Source: Epithemia pelagica (lineage: Eukaryota > Protista > Bacillariophyta). From it: a DNA stretch of 64,000 nt. This document shows positions 23,201 to 37,102 of the stretch, in pieces. Position numbers and translations under genes: made by a program. The notes beneath the pieces were generated by a model. It did not search any database. It had not been told where the DNA came from and worked only from the letters and a program-made list of their open reading frames with translations. Location of the stretch: positions 1,860,001 through 1,924,000 of the forward strand of contig OX337235.1 in the NCBI GenBank assembly GCA_946965045.2. Reading direction: 5' to 3'. Position 1 is the first letter of the stretch; each line of letters opens with the position of its first letter.

Positions 23201-26200
23201 TCCCATTATTCCCTTCGCAACTCGTCAAAGGCAAATGATGGGAGAAGACGACCCAGCCATCCGTCAAGACCACATTGAGAGCCTAGTGGAGCACTTTATC
23301 CACACACACACGGCCTATCACAAAGAAGAAGATCCACGTTTGAAGAAGACTTTAGAACAACAACTACCTTCTCTCCAACAGAAACTGAAGGAAGCACTAA
23401 CCGCTCTCCAACTAGACGAGCAAGTACATCACAGCCGTCTCAGCATGGAAACACCAAGTCTGAGCAGTACCCTGCACACAGCATGGGAGTTGGCCACCAT
23501 CTCCGACTATGGTGCCATCATCATCAAGCAGAACAAACAAGGACTCCCTGGTCATGCCATGGATATCACCATCAATCCAAATGACATCACCCCGGACTCC
23601 CACGACAAACATCTGACCAACCTGCCCAGCAAACCAGCCGCCCATGTCGCGACCACCAAGTTTACGACAAAACCGAAACGAAAGAAAAAGAAACCACTCC
23701 GTCTGAACCTTCCTTCTAATCCAAATCGTCATCAATTCTTCCCACCACTGACTTCTACAAGAACACTGATGACAACCGTGAAGCAAGCCGCTCTCACCGG
23801 TTTGCTCGGCACTGGTTTGTTGTATATTGGTCCACATCTGGCTCCAAGAAAGGCACTCCCATACCTCCTTTCCTGTTTTGGAGGCGCTACAGCTGCTTTG
23901 CAGATTGTTCACTCTTTGTCGCGTCCCTCCCACCCACCCGTGGATTGTCTCACCCACCGGTTGATTGTTACATGTCTTCCACCAAACTCTGGCATGTCCT
24001 TGGTCCGCTCTGTTGGACGATGGCTGCGATCAGCACTCGGTCTCTGTACCACATCAGAGGGAGAATACCAACCAACCCATGCCATTGCTGTGGCACCGAA
24101 ACCTCGCTCCCACCACGACCGACACCCATCTCACCCAAAGTCCAAACCACGGAAACCAAAACATCGACGAAACCGTAAGAAACACAAACGAGACAGAACA
24201 AACAAGACAACGATTAGACCACTGCAAGGACCACAGCCACTTCCATCACTCATGAGCACCACCACCATACAGGCACATGCTTACACCATGAGCCAAAATC
24301 TGGCGCTCCAAGCTGCAATCAATCACCCATGAAAATTTCAGTCAGAAATGGAAGACAAACAAGCTTTTCTCCTCATTTGGGATTCAGGCGCAAGTGTCTC
24401 CATCACGAACGACAAGAGCGATTTCATTCCAAACAAAGTGAGGGACGTACCTCCTGACTATCAGGTCCAAGGTTTGGCCGAAGGAGCACAAGTCGAAAGC
24501 CAAGGAGTCGTGGAATGGTACATCAAAGACGTCCATGGACGGCTACGATGCATCGAACTCCTTGCTCTGTACATACCCGCAGCTGGCTGTAGGCTTCTCA
24601 GTACAAGCAGCCTCTTACAACGATACCAAGGGGAAACCATAAAAATCGAACCACAAGGACTCAAACTCAGCGGTGTGAGAAACGACCCTGCTCGAGGACC
24701 AATAAAAGTCGAAATCAAAGCCGAAAGCAACTTACCGAAAAGCATCTGCTACCACCGACTAGGAGTGAACCGTTCAGTCTCTGCATTCGTTGCCACTGTC
24801 ACCACAGTCGACGAACGAAACATAAACCTTTCAGCGCCACAAAAGGTCTGGAGCCAATGGCACATCCGGTTTGGACATGCACCCTTCCGCGTCGTCCAGT
24901 TTGTTCTCCGCTCTGGTGTATTGTCGAATGATGAGTCGTCGCGACAACTCCACACTGCCGTCTGCAAACTGACAACTCCTCCGTTGTGTGCTGCTTGTCT
25001 TTATGGAAAACAAAAGACCAGGCACTCCCCAGGACAGAAAACCGTCAAAATACAAGACAAAGAAGGAGCCCTGAAAAAGAACCACCTTTTTCCCGGTCAA
25101 CAAGTTTCAGCAGACCACTTCATCTGCTCGACAAAAGGACGCCTCTACACATCAAAAGGCAAAACCAAAGAAGAAGCAATGCTTAGCGGTGGATGCATTT
25201 TCGTAGACCACGCAAGTGGATACATCGACGTATCCATGCAAACTCACCTTAACACCCACCAAACACTAAAAGCAAAAACAGAATACGAACAACGATGTCA
25301 GAACCAAGGAGTGATCATTCAACAATATCACACAGACAATGGCACCGCCTTCACCTCGAAGAAATACACCAAGCACCTGCAAGCCTTTCAGCAAGTAACA
25401 AGCTTTGCCGGTGTAGGCGCACGCCACCACAATGGCGTGGCAGAGCGCAGCATCCAAACCATCATGTCCATGGCAAGGACCATGATGTTACACGCCGCCA
25501 CCCATTGGCCCGAAGTTGCAGACCCAACTCTTTGGCCCATGGCCGTCGACCATGCTGTTTTCATCTACAACCGACTCCCAAGATTGAAACAGGAATTTCC
25601 CCCATCGACCTCTTCACCAAGACAAGATGGGAGCAACGCCGCTTCCACGATCTTCATGTCTGGGGTGCACCGGCATATGTTCTGAACAAAACAATACAAG
25701 ACGGTAAGAAATTACCACGATGGAAGCCAAGAAGTCAACGCTGCATGTTTGTTGGATTCTCCCAACAACATGCACTCACCGCTCCACTCGTACTTAACCT
25801 CGACACGGGCACAATCTCACCGCAATACCACGTTGTCTTCGACGACTGGTTTGCAACAGTGGCAGCAACCAACGAAAACTCCCACTCACCACATGCAACA
25901 GTTGACCAAATCTTCGCAAACATGGATAACATTCTGCACTCACCAGGATACGACGATCCATCAGCAGACGACGATTCTCCGAATGACACGCCCGAAGCCA
26001 CTGCCTCCGAACTCACCAAAAACAAGATCTTTGAGGCCATGGAAAACGCGACCCCTCCTGTTCCACTGGAATACGACACCCCTGCCGCACCACCAACTTC
26101 AACCACGGCTGCCCCTCCCTTGCCCCACCCAGTCAGTACTCCACGTCCAGTGTCTACCCCACCCAGTGTTCCGTCGTCGCCAGCCGATGCTCCGCCGCGC

Positions 26201-28174
26201 ATGTCAACCAATCCTCCTCCCACCACTTTGGCTGCACCGCACAAAATCCCTCCCATTTCCATTGAAGATGATTGGACCATGCCCACGGAGCAGAGGAAGA
26301 GCACACCAACACAGGCTCCTCCTGCCCCCAAATCACAACCACCTGAACACAAGCCACAGAGGGAGCCAACCAAACAGAGGGAGCCATCCAACCAGAGGGA
26401 GCATACCTCTCCAGCCCCTCGTCGATCCGGCCAAAACCGACGTTCACCCAATTGTCTCGTCGAATCCATGGACCCCACACACAAGTCCTACCTTGCCCAC
26501 GTCGATACTCTTGACAACCTACCCTTTCAAGCCACAATTGGACTCTTCAAGGCAACCATCGTAGACCCCGACACTCTGAGCTACGATCAAGCGTTGAAAG
26601 ATGCAGACCTTCTTCACTGGCGCAAGGCAGCAAAACAAGAAATTGATGAGCTAACAGAAAAAGAGACATGGATTGAAGAGCCACAGTCGGCTGCCAAAAC
26701 CAAGATTCTACCAGGCACATGGGTTTTCAAACGAAAACGCCACGCCGATGGAACAATCAAGAAGCACAAAGGACGCTACTGCGTGAGAGGCGACCTTCAA
26801 GAACAAGCACCAGACGCCTATTCACCAGTTGTAAATTGGGCAATCATCCGAATTTGCATGATCTACGCCCTAAGTCAACAATGGGTAATGGTATGCATAG
26901 ACTTCAGCAATGCCTTCGTCCAGGCAAAACTCAAGGAACCCATCTGGATCCACATACTACCTAGTTTCAAGTCAACAAGCTCAGAACCCACCTGCCTACG
27001 TCTACTGAAGAGTCTCTACGGTTTGACCATTGCCCCTAGATTATGGTATGAAAAACTCATTGAAGCTCTTTTGGAAGATGGTTTCAAGAAAAGCGACTAT
27101 GACGAATGTTTCTTCATGAAACCAGACATGCTTCTCTTTATTTGGGTGGATGATTGTGGCATCGTTGCACCCACCATGACTCTTGTGGATGCATTCATTG
27201 AACGACTGAAAACAAAAGGTTTCGAATTGTCCAAAGACTCCGATTTCGCAGAATACCTGGGAATCGATTTCAAGCGGAACAAGGACGAGATTGTAATGAC
27301 TCAACCCGGCTTAATCAAGCGCATCCTCCAAACCACAAAGATGGAAAACTGCAACGGAAATTGGACCCCTGCAGCGCAGATTGGATTGGGAAGTGATCCC
27401 AACGGACCTCCCATGAAAGACAATTGGAACTATCGGTCAGTGGTTGGTATGTTGTTGTATCTCTCCACCAACACACGGCCAGATATAACGTTTGCCGTGA
27501 GCCAAGTGGCACGTTTTTCCAATGATCCAAACCAATCGCACGCTCAAGCCGTCAAAGCCATCATCCGATATCTCTCACGGACCATCGACAACGGCACCAT
27601 CTTTCGCCCAAGCAAAGATTATCGGCTTGATTGTTATGTCGATGCAGACTTCATGGGTCTGCACGGCCGAGAACCAGAAGATGATCCAACAAGCGCCAAG
27701 TCCCGAACTGGGTATATCATCTTCTTTGGGGGAAGTCCTCTGGTTTGGAAATCTCAATTGCAAAGCGAAATTGCAACAAGCACCTTTCACTCCGAATACG
27801 TGGCTCTGCCCCAAGCCATGCGAGTTATAGTCTGGTTGCAAGAAGTCTTGAAGGAGTTAAACTCTTGTGTGAGAATCAATCCAAGTGTGCCACGGATTAC
27901 TGCAGAAGTCCATGAGGACAACAATAGTGCTTACCTTGTGGCCACCAACCAACGCCTCACCTCTCGATCTCGCTCGCTAAACAACAAGTGGCACTGGTTT
28001 TGGTCCCAGGTGAAAGCCACAAACGCAACCATTGTGTCCTCGAAATCCAATATGGAAGATCGAACGATTACGATTTCCAAGATCGACACCAAGTTGCAAC
28101 GGGCCGACATCCTCACGAAAGGTCTGGCTCGAGAAACTTTTGAGACCATCCGGAAACTGAATCAAGGATGGTGA
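20286..28174 (+). pseudogene. gag-pol polyprotein of element 2 (stops at 21003, 21015, 24330; -1 frameshift at about 25577)
   Basis: Gag WTGGKP, knuckles CLICGSFDHWAKDC and CAHCGRWTGTHSTAQH, protease LIWDSGAS, integrase HIRFGH/CAACLYGK/HTDNG/NGVAER, RT IDFSNAFVQ and IWVDD, RNH YVDADF, EDNNSA, ADILTKGL. Confidence 0.94.
26358..26401 (+). repeat. Three 18-bp units (QREP) each containing AGAGGGAG, in the IN-RT linker of element 2
   Basis: AGAGGGAG at 26358, 26376 and 26394. Confidence 0.9.
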
Positions 28175-28200
28175 CCTGTGACACCAAGCCCAAGAGGGAG

Positions 28201-28706
28201 AGTCGCAGTTTATGTTTTTAGCACCAGTCGCGTTTCCAAATTTGTATTTGTGTTTTGAAATATTGAATTTGTACGACTGGCAGTTTGTGTTGCATGACCC
28301 AATGATATAAGCCTACATGTCGGAATCCGCGCATGCATGACGCGCAGGATGGGCTTTTGGCGCCACAGAACGCCGGGCCATTCGCCGTTTGTGTCTACGA
28401 CACTCATGTTTTGCTAACTAATCTATGACACAACAAACAACAAATGAGATAACTATCGCCCATTTGAATCAAGCTGTGCGTTGCAAGATAGCAGATCAAT
28501 TCCTGGAAGCCAAAGCGAGGAATCAAAATGAGGAACTCAAGATCACTTTGTTTACTCTATAGCTTTAATCATAATATCGATACAGGAGTTTTTTTTGCAA
28601 CGCAAAAGACTTCTAGGTTGGTGTGGAGACTTGATCAATCTCGACCCCGATTACGCGGTATTCCCCTAGCTATTAGTATACCCAGTGTATGCTAGTGACT
28701 CTGACA
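28201..28706 (+). repeat. 3' LTR of element 2 (506 bp)
   Basis: Direct repeat of 19546-20053, followed by TSD CCTCC. Confidence 0.96.
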
Positions 28707-31391
<2,685 letters not shown>

Positions 31392-32016
31392 GGGGATGAG
31401 CACTTAGCGATTTTGGAGAGACTGCTCGATGGGGAGAAGTGGAGCGGGGAGCTCGTAACGTCATTCAACGTCAAATTACAGGCTTCAACACCAAAAACGC
31501 TTGTAGTGGTCATAGATCGATGGTTGGGAGTCGTAGATTAATATCATGGATACGTCAAGGGTGAGACCTTACTCGCAAATTACGCGGTTGGAGGTGCACC
31601 TGCAAATCATACCATGACTCACCATTAAAGTATACATTGCTATATATATTTAACCGTTTCAGCAACCGCCATATCTGATCAATTGTACTTTTTACTTTAT
31701 TGTCCGTGCGTTTTTGGTACAGCTGGTCATTCTGGAATTTCCCACCCCAGACCCCAAGCCTTACGGCCCACCCGTCCCGTTCATACTGAACTCAGACGTA
31801 TAGAATGTAAAGAGTGGGAATTTAGATACCTCACAGTGGGGGTGTGCTTCAAGGAAATTACTTCGTCCGAAACACCCCCGCTGGAGCGTAGAAATTAGGA
31901 GAACTGAAATTCAAGAGAGGCTTGCTCGGGGGGCGTTATTGAAAAATCCCAAGACGTTCGAGATTCAATAATGAGTACAAACTAGGAGTAGTACTGACTG
32001 TCCGTACAATACGTAA

Positions 32017-32317
32017 GGGCTGGGTGCACCGATTTGGTGTCTTCTAGGTCTGACCGCGCGTACGTGTTTTGTGGGGGAGGGGATGTCATCACATTTTACT
32101 CCCACATCAAAAATTTCATGCCCCACAAGATGGAAGACAATTCGACCATGGTATGAACCTCCCGATCACAATAACTTCCTGAATATACAGAACTAATTGA
32201 GACAAACCTAGGATACTCTTTGTAGATGCCTTATGGACCTCAGGTTCAGTTTGTCTCAATTACCTCCCAAAAATGAGCATGCTAACCTAGAAGACACCAA
32301 ATCGGTGCACCCAGCCC
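32017..32317. mobile_element. MITE A (301 bp) with perfect 33-bp TIRs
   Basis: 32017-32049 GGGCTGGGTGCACCGATTTGGTGTCTTCTAGGT is the exact reverse complement of 32285-32317. Flanks are TAA and TTA; no ORF. Confidence 0.85.
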
Positions 32318-32320
32318 TTA

Positions 32321-33031
32321 GGGGGTATATTATCGGGCGCGCGGAGCATGTGCGGAGCATGATATGGGCGGAGAAAGGCCAAACCAACCCGGATATAGAG
32401 CTTTCCTCCGCAAAATTTACATGCGGAGGAAGAGTGCGGGTGGAGCATGGTTGGAAGCAAAATCACGCGCCCACACACCACACACTCAATGCGTCGAACA
32501 GTTGAAGTCTTCCGATGATGGATTTGTCATGGACAAAAGCGATGACAGAGTCTATCTAGGCACTAGTATTGTAGACAAGTACATATAGTCGGCCAACTGT
32601 TGCTGCCTTGCTCTTTAGGAGTCTTTTCCATCCTCATGGTGGAGGTTGTGTTTCCATAGAGCATGGAAATTGACGTGTCTTTCCCACATGAGCTCGTAGG
32701 GCCAACAGAACAACAGGTGAAATATCCAATGGATACTCTAAATGATAAGTAGTCTATAAAGGGAATGATTATTGTGTCCGGAAACCACCCCTTTGCTTGC
32801 CATCGTCTTCCCAAAGTTGCTCTTCTCCTTCCTTTTCGATTCCATACTTAAGGCGACCCATACGCGTTTCCGTGACGGTCGAGGATTTTGAGCGCGCGCG
32901 CCGCGCATGCTCCGCATCTCTGCATCCGCCCACCCATAATATAGACGCGCGGAGCATGCATCGTGGAGCATGCATTGCTCCCCCCATATCCATGCTCCGC
33001 CCATGCTCCGCGCGCCCGATAACATACCCCC
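32321..33031. mobile_element. MITE B (711 bp), Tourist/PIF-Harbinger-like
   Basis: Imperfect TIRs of about 50 bp, GGGGGTAT(A/G)TTATCGGGCGCGCGGAGCATG. TTA TSD at 32318-32320 and 33032-33034. Internal GGAGCAT repeats. Confidence 0.85.
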
Positions 33032-33637
33032 TTAGCCAAATTTGTCTCTTTGCCAAAGAGCGGCAAGTGTTGAAGTACAATACGAGTAGGTTAGTGCGGT
33101 TATTTCGGGCGCCGACTCGACCCGTACTCGCCATATTAAACGGGTATCTGCAAAAGAGGTAAATAAGCGTGTCGAGATGACTTATCACCACAATGATTAG
33201 AACTAGTCAAACTCCCTAAAACGCTTCGAATTATGGAAATTGCAATGGGCATGCGAAGCATCCTTCCCCGAATCCATGGTCATTGTCGAACTTTGGAGAC
33301 TCGTGTCTGCGCAAAACCCAACGAAATGACGACACACACACCACACAACCGCTGTCCTCTGTCCTGTGCGCCGTCAACAAATTTCCCATTGCTAGAATGA
33401 ATGAGAAAGAAGACTGAAAGAACTTTTATAAGAGTAATCCTTTTATTTGTTGGCTCTTCGATTCACTGAGCTCTGTACATGGACTTGTTGGATTGTATGC
33501 AAGTCTCGTCGCTCTCTGACATATCTCAGTGACAAGAGTCTGGAGGTTCGATTCGTGCGGTTGGGTTCTGTTAGGACAAGGACGGTTCTCGACTGTGAGG
33601 AGTCTGATCTGCGGTTGTTGCTGTTCAAGTGAGAGTC

Positions 33638-36600
33638 ATGGCGAACTATGTGGATATTGAAACATCAGCCGAGGCAATTCAAGAAGATGAAGAATTAATT
33701 GAAGCTGTCGAAGCGATTGTGGAGATTGCCGCTGTTTCCGTCACGACCCAAATTATGCGTGACATTAATTCTTCCTTGGAACAAGTTCAAACATTTGTGG
33801 AAGCCATCTTCCCTATTCTTGTCGATTATCGGAACGATCCTTCGCTCTTGTCTCAAGATTTGCAGGATATGTTGGTTCTTTTAGTGTTTGTTACCATTGC
33901 CTTTTTTATATTGTCGCCAAATCACGGTAAAAAGAACAAGGGCAACAGCCTTGGAGGGTTCGGCGGAGGAACTGCAGAGTCCAAACGATTTCGCCGGAAG
34001 AGTTTTGCAGCTCTCTCCAACACTCGACTACGAGTCGACTCCAACGGATCTCCTGGAGAAGCAGATATGGACAGCGCCAACAACTCGCTTAACAGTCAAT
34101 CATCATGGTTTCCCCTTGTCAGTGAGGAATCGGATGAAGAAAGGTTTCACCGAATATATCCTGTTCTGTTCGATGAAAGCAAATATTTCAAGCTCATTCT
34201 TCCTCCGGAGTGTGAATTGGTAGAAAACTCAGTGGCTTCCAAGTTGAGGAAACAACAGGAAAAGCATCAAAAGGAGCTTGCGAGTGCTGCAAAGAAGCGC
34301 AAACGTCCGAGTGCTAGCAACAAGCAAGACGAACAACAAGGGAGCTCATCGAGGGCATTAGTCGATGAAGCAGATGACCCAGCGCAGCGATTGCAATTTT
34401 ATTTTCGGCATTTCATGGTTCTGGTTCGTTCACTGTTTGCCTATGACTATGTCAGTGCCGCATGGACTGTCTTGTTGTGGCTCCAGGGCATTCGAAAGCA
34501 CCGTCGGACCAATAGCAATTCGAATATACCCTCCGCTCATGAGCTTGTGGGTGACAATCCTATTGATCTCAAAGATTCCGACCCAGATTCAGAAAAGGAA
34601 CCTAATGCTGATCACGTGAGTGATGAATCGCTGCAATCACTGGACCAACAAAAAGAGTTCTCATTTCCAATACATTCGAAGGAGAACATTCTAAGTAGAG
34701 CTCAGACACCTGTGGCTGGATCTCATGGTCCAAGAATAGAGGAGGAGTCGCCAAATCATCTCAGCATTTCCAAATCGAAACCAGAGTCGAAAGAAAACCG
34801 AAATCCAAGTACTGTAGAGAAAGAGAAGAAAGATGACAAGGTGGAATTGGAATCCTCCAATGATTTGGGAGAGAACAAAGGCTTAGATGGGATTGTGGTA
34901 GATGCAGTATGCTTCCTACAGGATCATATCAACAATTTTGTCCGAAATGCATTGGCGGATGACTCTAATGCTAGTGAGACTGACAAACGCGAACAGGACT
35001 TGGTGACAGCGGAAACTCTATCCTCTGCGACAGAAGCTGGCACAGAAAGTGCACGATCTCTTGACTCCTCCTTGAGAAAAACCATTATGGTAGCCAATAC
35101 ATCAAAGAAAAGTGAATCGTCTCCTGATGATGAAAATGACAGCCTCTCCCTTCCAGAAAACTCACAGAATCCGCCTTCCACTAAGGAAGAAAATGACATG
35201 GTTGCATCTCCCGAATCCCAACTACGAAACGCTTCGTGGTACTTTTTTGAATCAGCAAATTCAGAAGAATCTCTGAAGAAAATGTCGCTCGATGTCCCCG
35301 TACCAGATAAGAATGGTTATATACTGGGTGACCAGTATCTGCCCAATGACCGTAGCACCCCTCTACTTGTATTTGTCAATTCACGGTCGGGTCCACAACA
35401 GGGACAGTTACTGATTACACAACTAAAGCGTTTGCTCAATCCCATTCAAGTGTGGGATTTGGCTCATGGACGACCTGAACCAGTGCTGGAATCATTTTGC
35501 GTCTTGTCGAAACTGAGAATTTTGGTCTGTGGGGGAGATGGAACTGTTAGTTGGATTATCAGTGCATTGGATGCGTTGGAGTTGAAACGAAAATGGCCTC
35601 CGATTGCTATTCTCCCACTCGGAACGGGTAATGATTTAGCACGTGTCCATGGGTGGGGAGGCGGTTACAACAACGAATCGCTCATACACATCTTAGAGCA
35701 GATCTCGGAATCGTACATCTCGGTTCTAGATCGCTGGGAATTGACTGTCGAAGGTGGGAAGAAGCGTATCATCACAAAGAACTTTTTCAATTATTTTAGT
35801 GTTGGAGTGGATGCGGAACTCGCTTTACAAGTACACTTTTTGCGTGAACGGCGTCCCGAATGGTTCTTCTCGCGCTTTGTCAACAAGGCATGGTATGGCG
35901 TTTTTGGCGCCGAGGAAAGTATCAAGGGAAAGAGTTTGAACGTACGACGTGATCTCGCTTTATATGCTGACGGTGTCCATGTACCTCTCCCACCAGACTC
36001 GCAGGGGATAATCATTCTGAATATTGATTCCTATGCCGGAGGAGTTCCGCTTTGGTCGCATGCAGTCAAGGAAGGCGTCATACGTCGATCGCAAAGCATG
36101 TGTTTATCAGGCTTTGGTGCCCGAAAACATGTCGAAAGAGTTGATAGCTCAGAGGAGTTACCAGTCGTCCCTTTGACAGAAGAGGAAATGTTTGCCAAAG
36201 TAACTGCGTGTGACCGACCAGCTTCTTGTCAGGATGGCTATCTTGACATTGTTTCTGTCCGCGGGACGGTTCATTTAGGACAGGTAAAGGTTGGTATTGG
36301 ACGTGCTCAACGGTTGTGTCAGTGCCGTGAGATCAAGATTGTGATCAAGAAGAAAGTCCCAGTTCAGATTGATGGTGAACCTTGGCGACAAGACAAGTGC
36401 GTCCTGCACATCAAGCGGAAACCCGATCCAGCGCTGATGCTACATCGGTCCGCCGACGATGGTGGAATTGAAACCGAAATGTCCAAGCTGTTGGAATGGG
36501 CAGAAGAACGCAATCTGATTGATGGACATGTTCATTCAGTCCTCATGAAAGAATTTAGTCGACGAATCGAGACTAAGACGAGGCAGCGTCGAGTTCGCTC

Positions 36601-36889
36601 GAAGGAACATAATGTCATTGAAAATTTGAAACGAGCGATTGGATCAACCGGAACAATATCTTCACTGGCAGCAGGAGTCAACGGAGCAAGAAGTTACAGC
36701 ACATCACAGAAGCACTTCTACTCTCACTATGCTTCACAATCGCCTCACTTTTCAGAAGAAACACATCATGACCCTCATCACATGGATGAAGGACCTGGCG
36801 CGTCGTCTCTGCGGCGCCACGGGTCTCGCTCGAACCTCCTGTGGGGACACCATAGTTTTACCGGTACGAACGGTGGGATTGCCTTTTGA
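33638..36889 (+). CDS. DGK: Diacylglycerol kinase with long N-terminal extension and TM segments
   Basis: PLLVFVNSRSG, ILVCGGDGTV, PLGTGNDLAR, NYFSVGVDA, KAWYG, SYAGG, VQIDGEPW. First ATG at 33638. Confidence 0.95.
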   Translation: MANYVDIETSAEAIQEDEELIEAVEAIVEIAAVSVTTQIMRDINSSLEQVQTFVEAIFPILVDYRNDPSLLSQDLQDMLVLLVFVTIAFFILSPNHGKKNKGNSLGGFGGGTAESKRFRRKSFAALSNTRLRVDSNGSPGEADMDSANNSLNSQSSWFPLVSEESDEERFHRIYPVLFDESKYFKLILPPECELVENSVASKLRKQQEKHQKELASAAKKRKRPSASNKQDEQQGSSSRALVDEADDPAQRLQFYFRHFMVLVRSLFAYDYVSAAWTVLLWLQGIRKHRRTNSNSNIPSAHELVGDNPIDLKDSDPDSEKEPNADHVSDESLQSLDQQKEFSFPIHSKENILSRAQTPVAGSHGPRIEEESPNHLSISKSKPESKENRNPSTVEKEKKDDKVELESSNDLGENKGLDGIVVDAVCFLQDHINNFVRNALADDSNASETDKREQDLVTAETLSSATEAGTESARSLDSSLRKTIMVANTSKKSESSPDDENDSLSLPENSQNPPSTKEENDMVASPESQLRNASWYFFESANSEESLKKMSLDVPVPDKNGYILGDQYLPNDRSTPLLVFVNSRSGPQQGQLLITQLKRLLNPIQVWDLAHGRPEPVLESFCVLSKLRILVCGGDGTVSWIISALDALELKRKWPPIAILPLGTGNDLARVHGWGGGYNNESLIHILEQISESYISVLDRWELTVEGGKKRIITKNFFNYFSVGVDAELALQVHFLRERRPEWFFSRFVNKAWYGVFGAEESIKGKSLNVRRDLALYADGVHVPLPPDSQGIIILNIDSYAGGVPLWSHAVKEGVIRRSQSMCLSGFGARKHVERVDSSEELPVVPLTEEEMFAKVTACDRPASCQDGYLDIVSVRGTVHLGQVKVGIGRAQRLCQCREIKIVIKKKVPVQIDGEPWRQDKCVLHIKRKPDPALMLHRSADDGGIETEMSKLLEWAEERNLIDGHVHSVLMKEFSRRIETKTRQRRVRSKEHNVIENLKRAIGSTGTISSLAAGVNGARSYSTSQKHFYSHYASQSPHFSEETHHDPHHMDEGPGASSLRRHGSRSNLLWGHHSFTGTNGGIAF

Positions 36890-37102
36890 TCTATCTTTGA
36901 GATTCCAGAAACGATAAATATTTGTACAAGACGAAACTGTATGTAGAACTAAAAACGCCGCCATGATCAGCGATTGTATGTTACTACTGAACTGTTTCAA
37001 TAGAGAGATGAGGGACGTTGTTGGCTCGCGAACATATCCACAGAACCGGATAGCATCAGCAGCCATTGTTGGCCATGCTCGTTACGAATTGTGTGAGAAG
37101 AA

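Larger units (their letters stand above)
19546..28706 (+). mobile_element. Ty1/copia LTR retrotransposon (CoDi-like, large), element 2, 9161 bp
   Basis: LTRs 19546-20053 and 28201-28706. TSD CCTCC (19541-19545, 28707-28711). PBS-like GGTTATTACGCCCAAG at 20054. PPT AAGAGGGAG at 28192-28200. Confidence 0.97.

Noticed and set aside
25735-26484. 249-aa antisense ORF in element 2, and similar antisense ORFs in the other elements and long genes
   Set aside because: Shadow frames of Pro/Thr/Ser-rich sense coding sequence, with no independent motifs.
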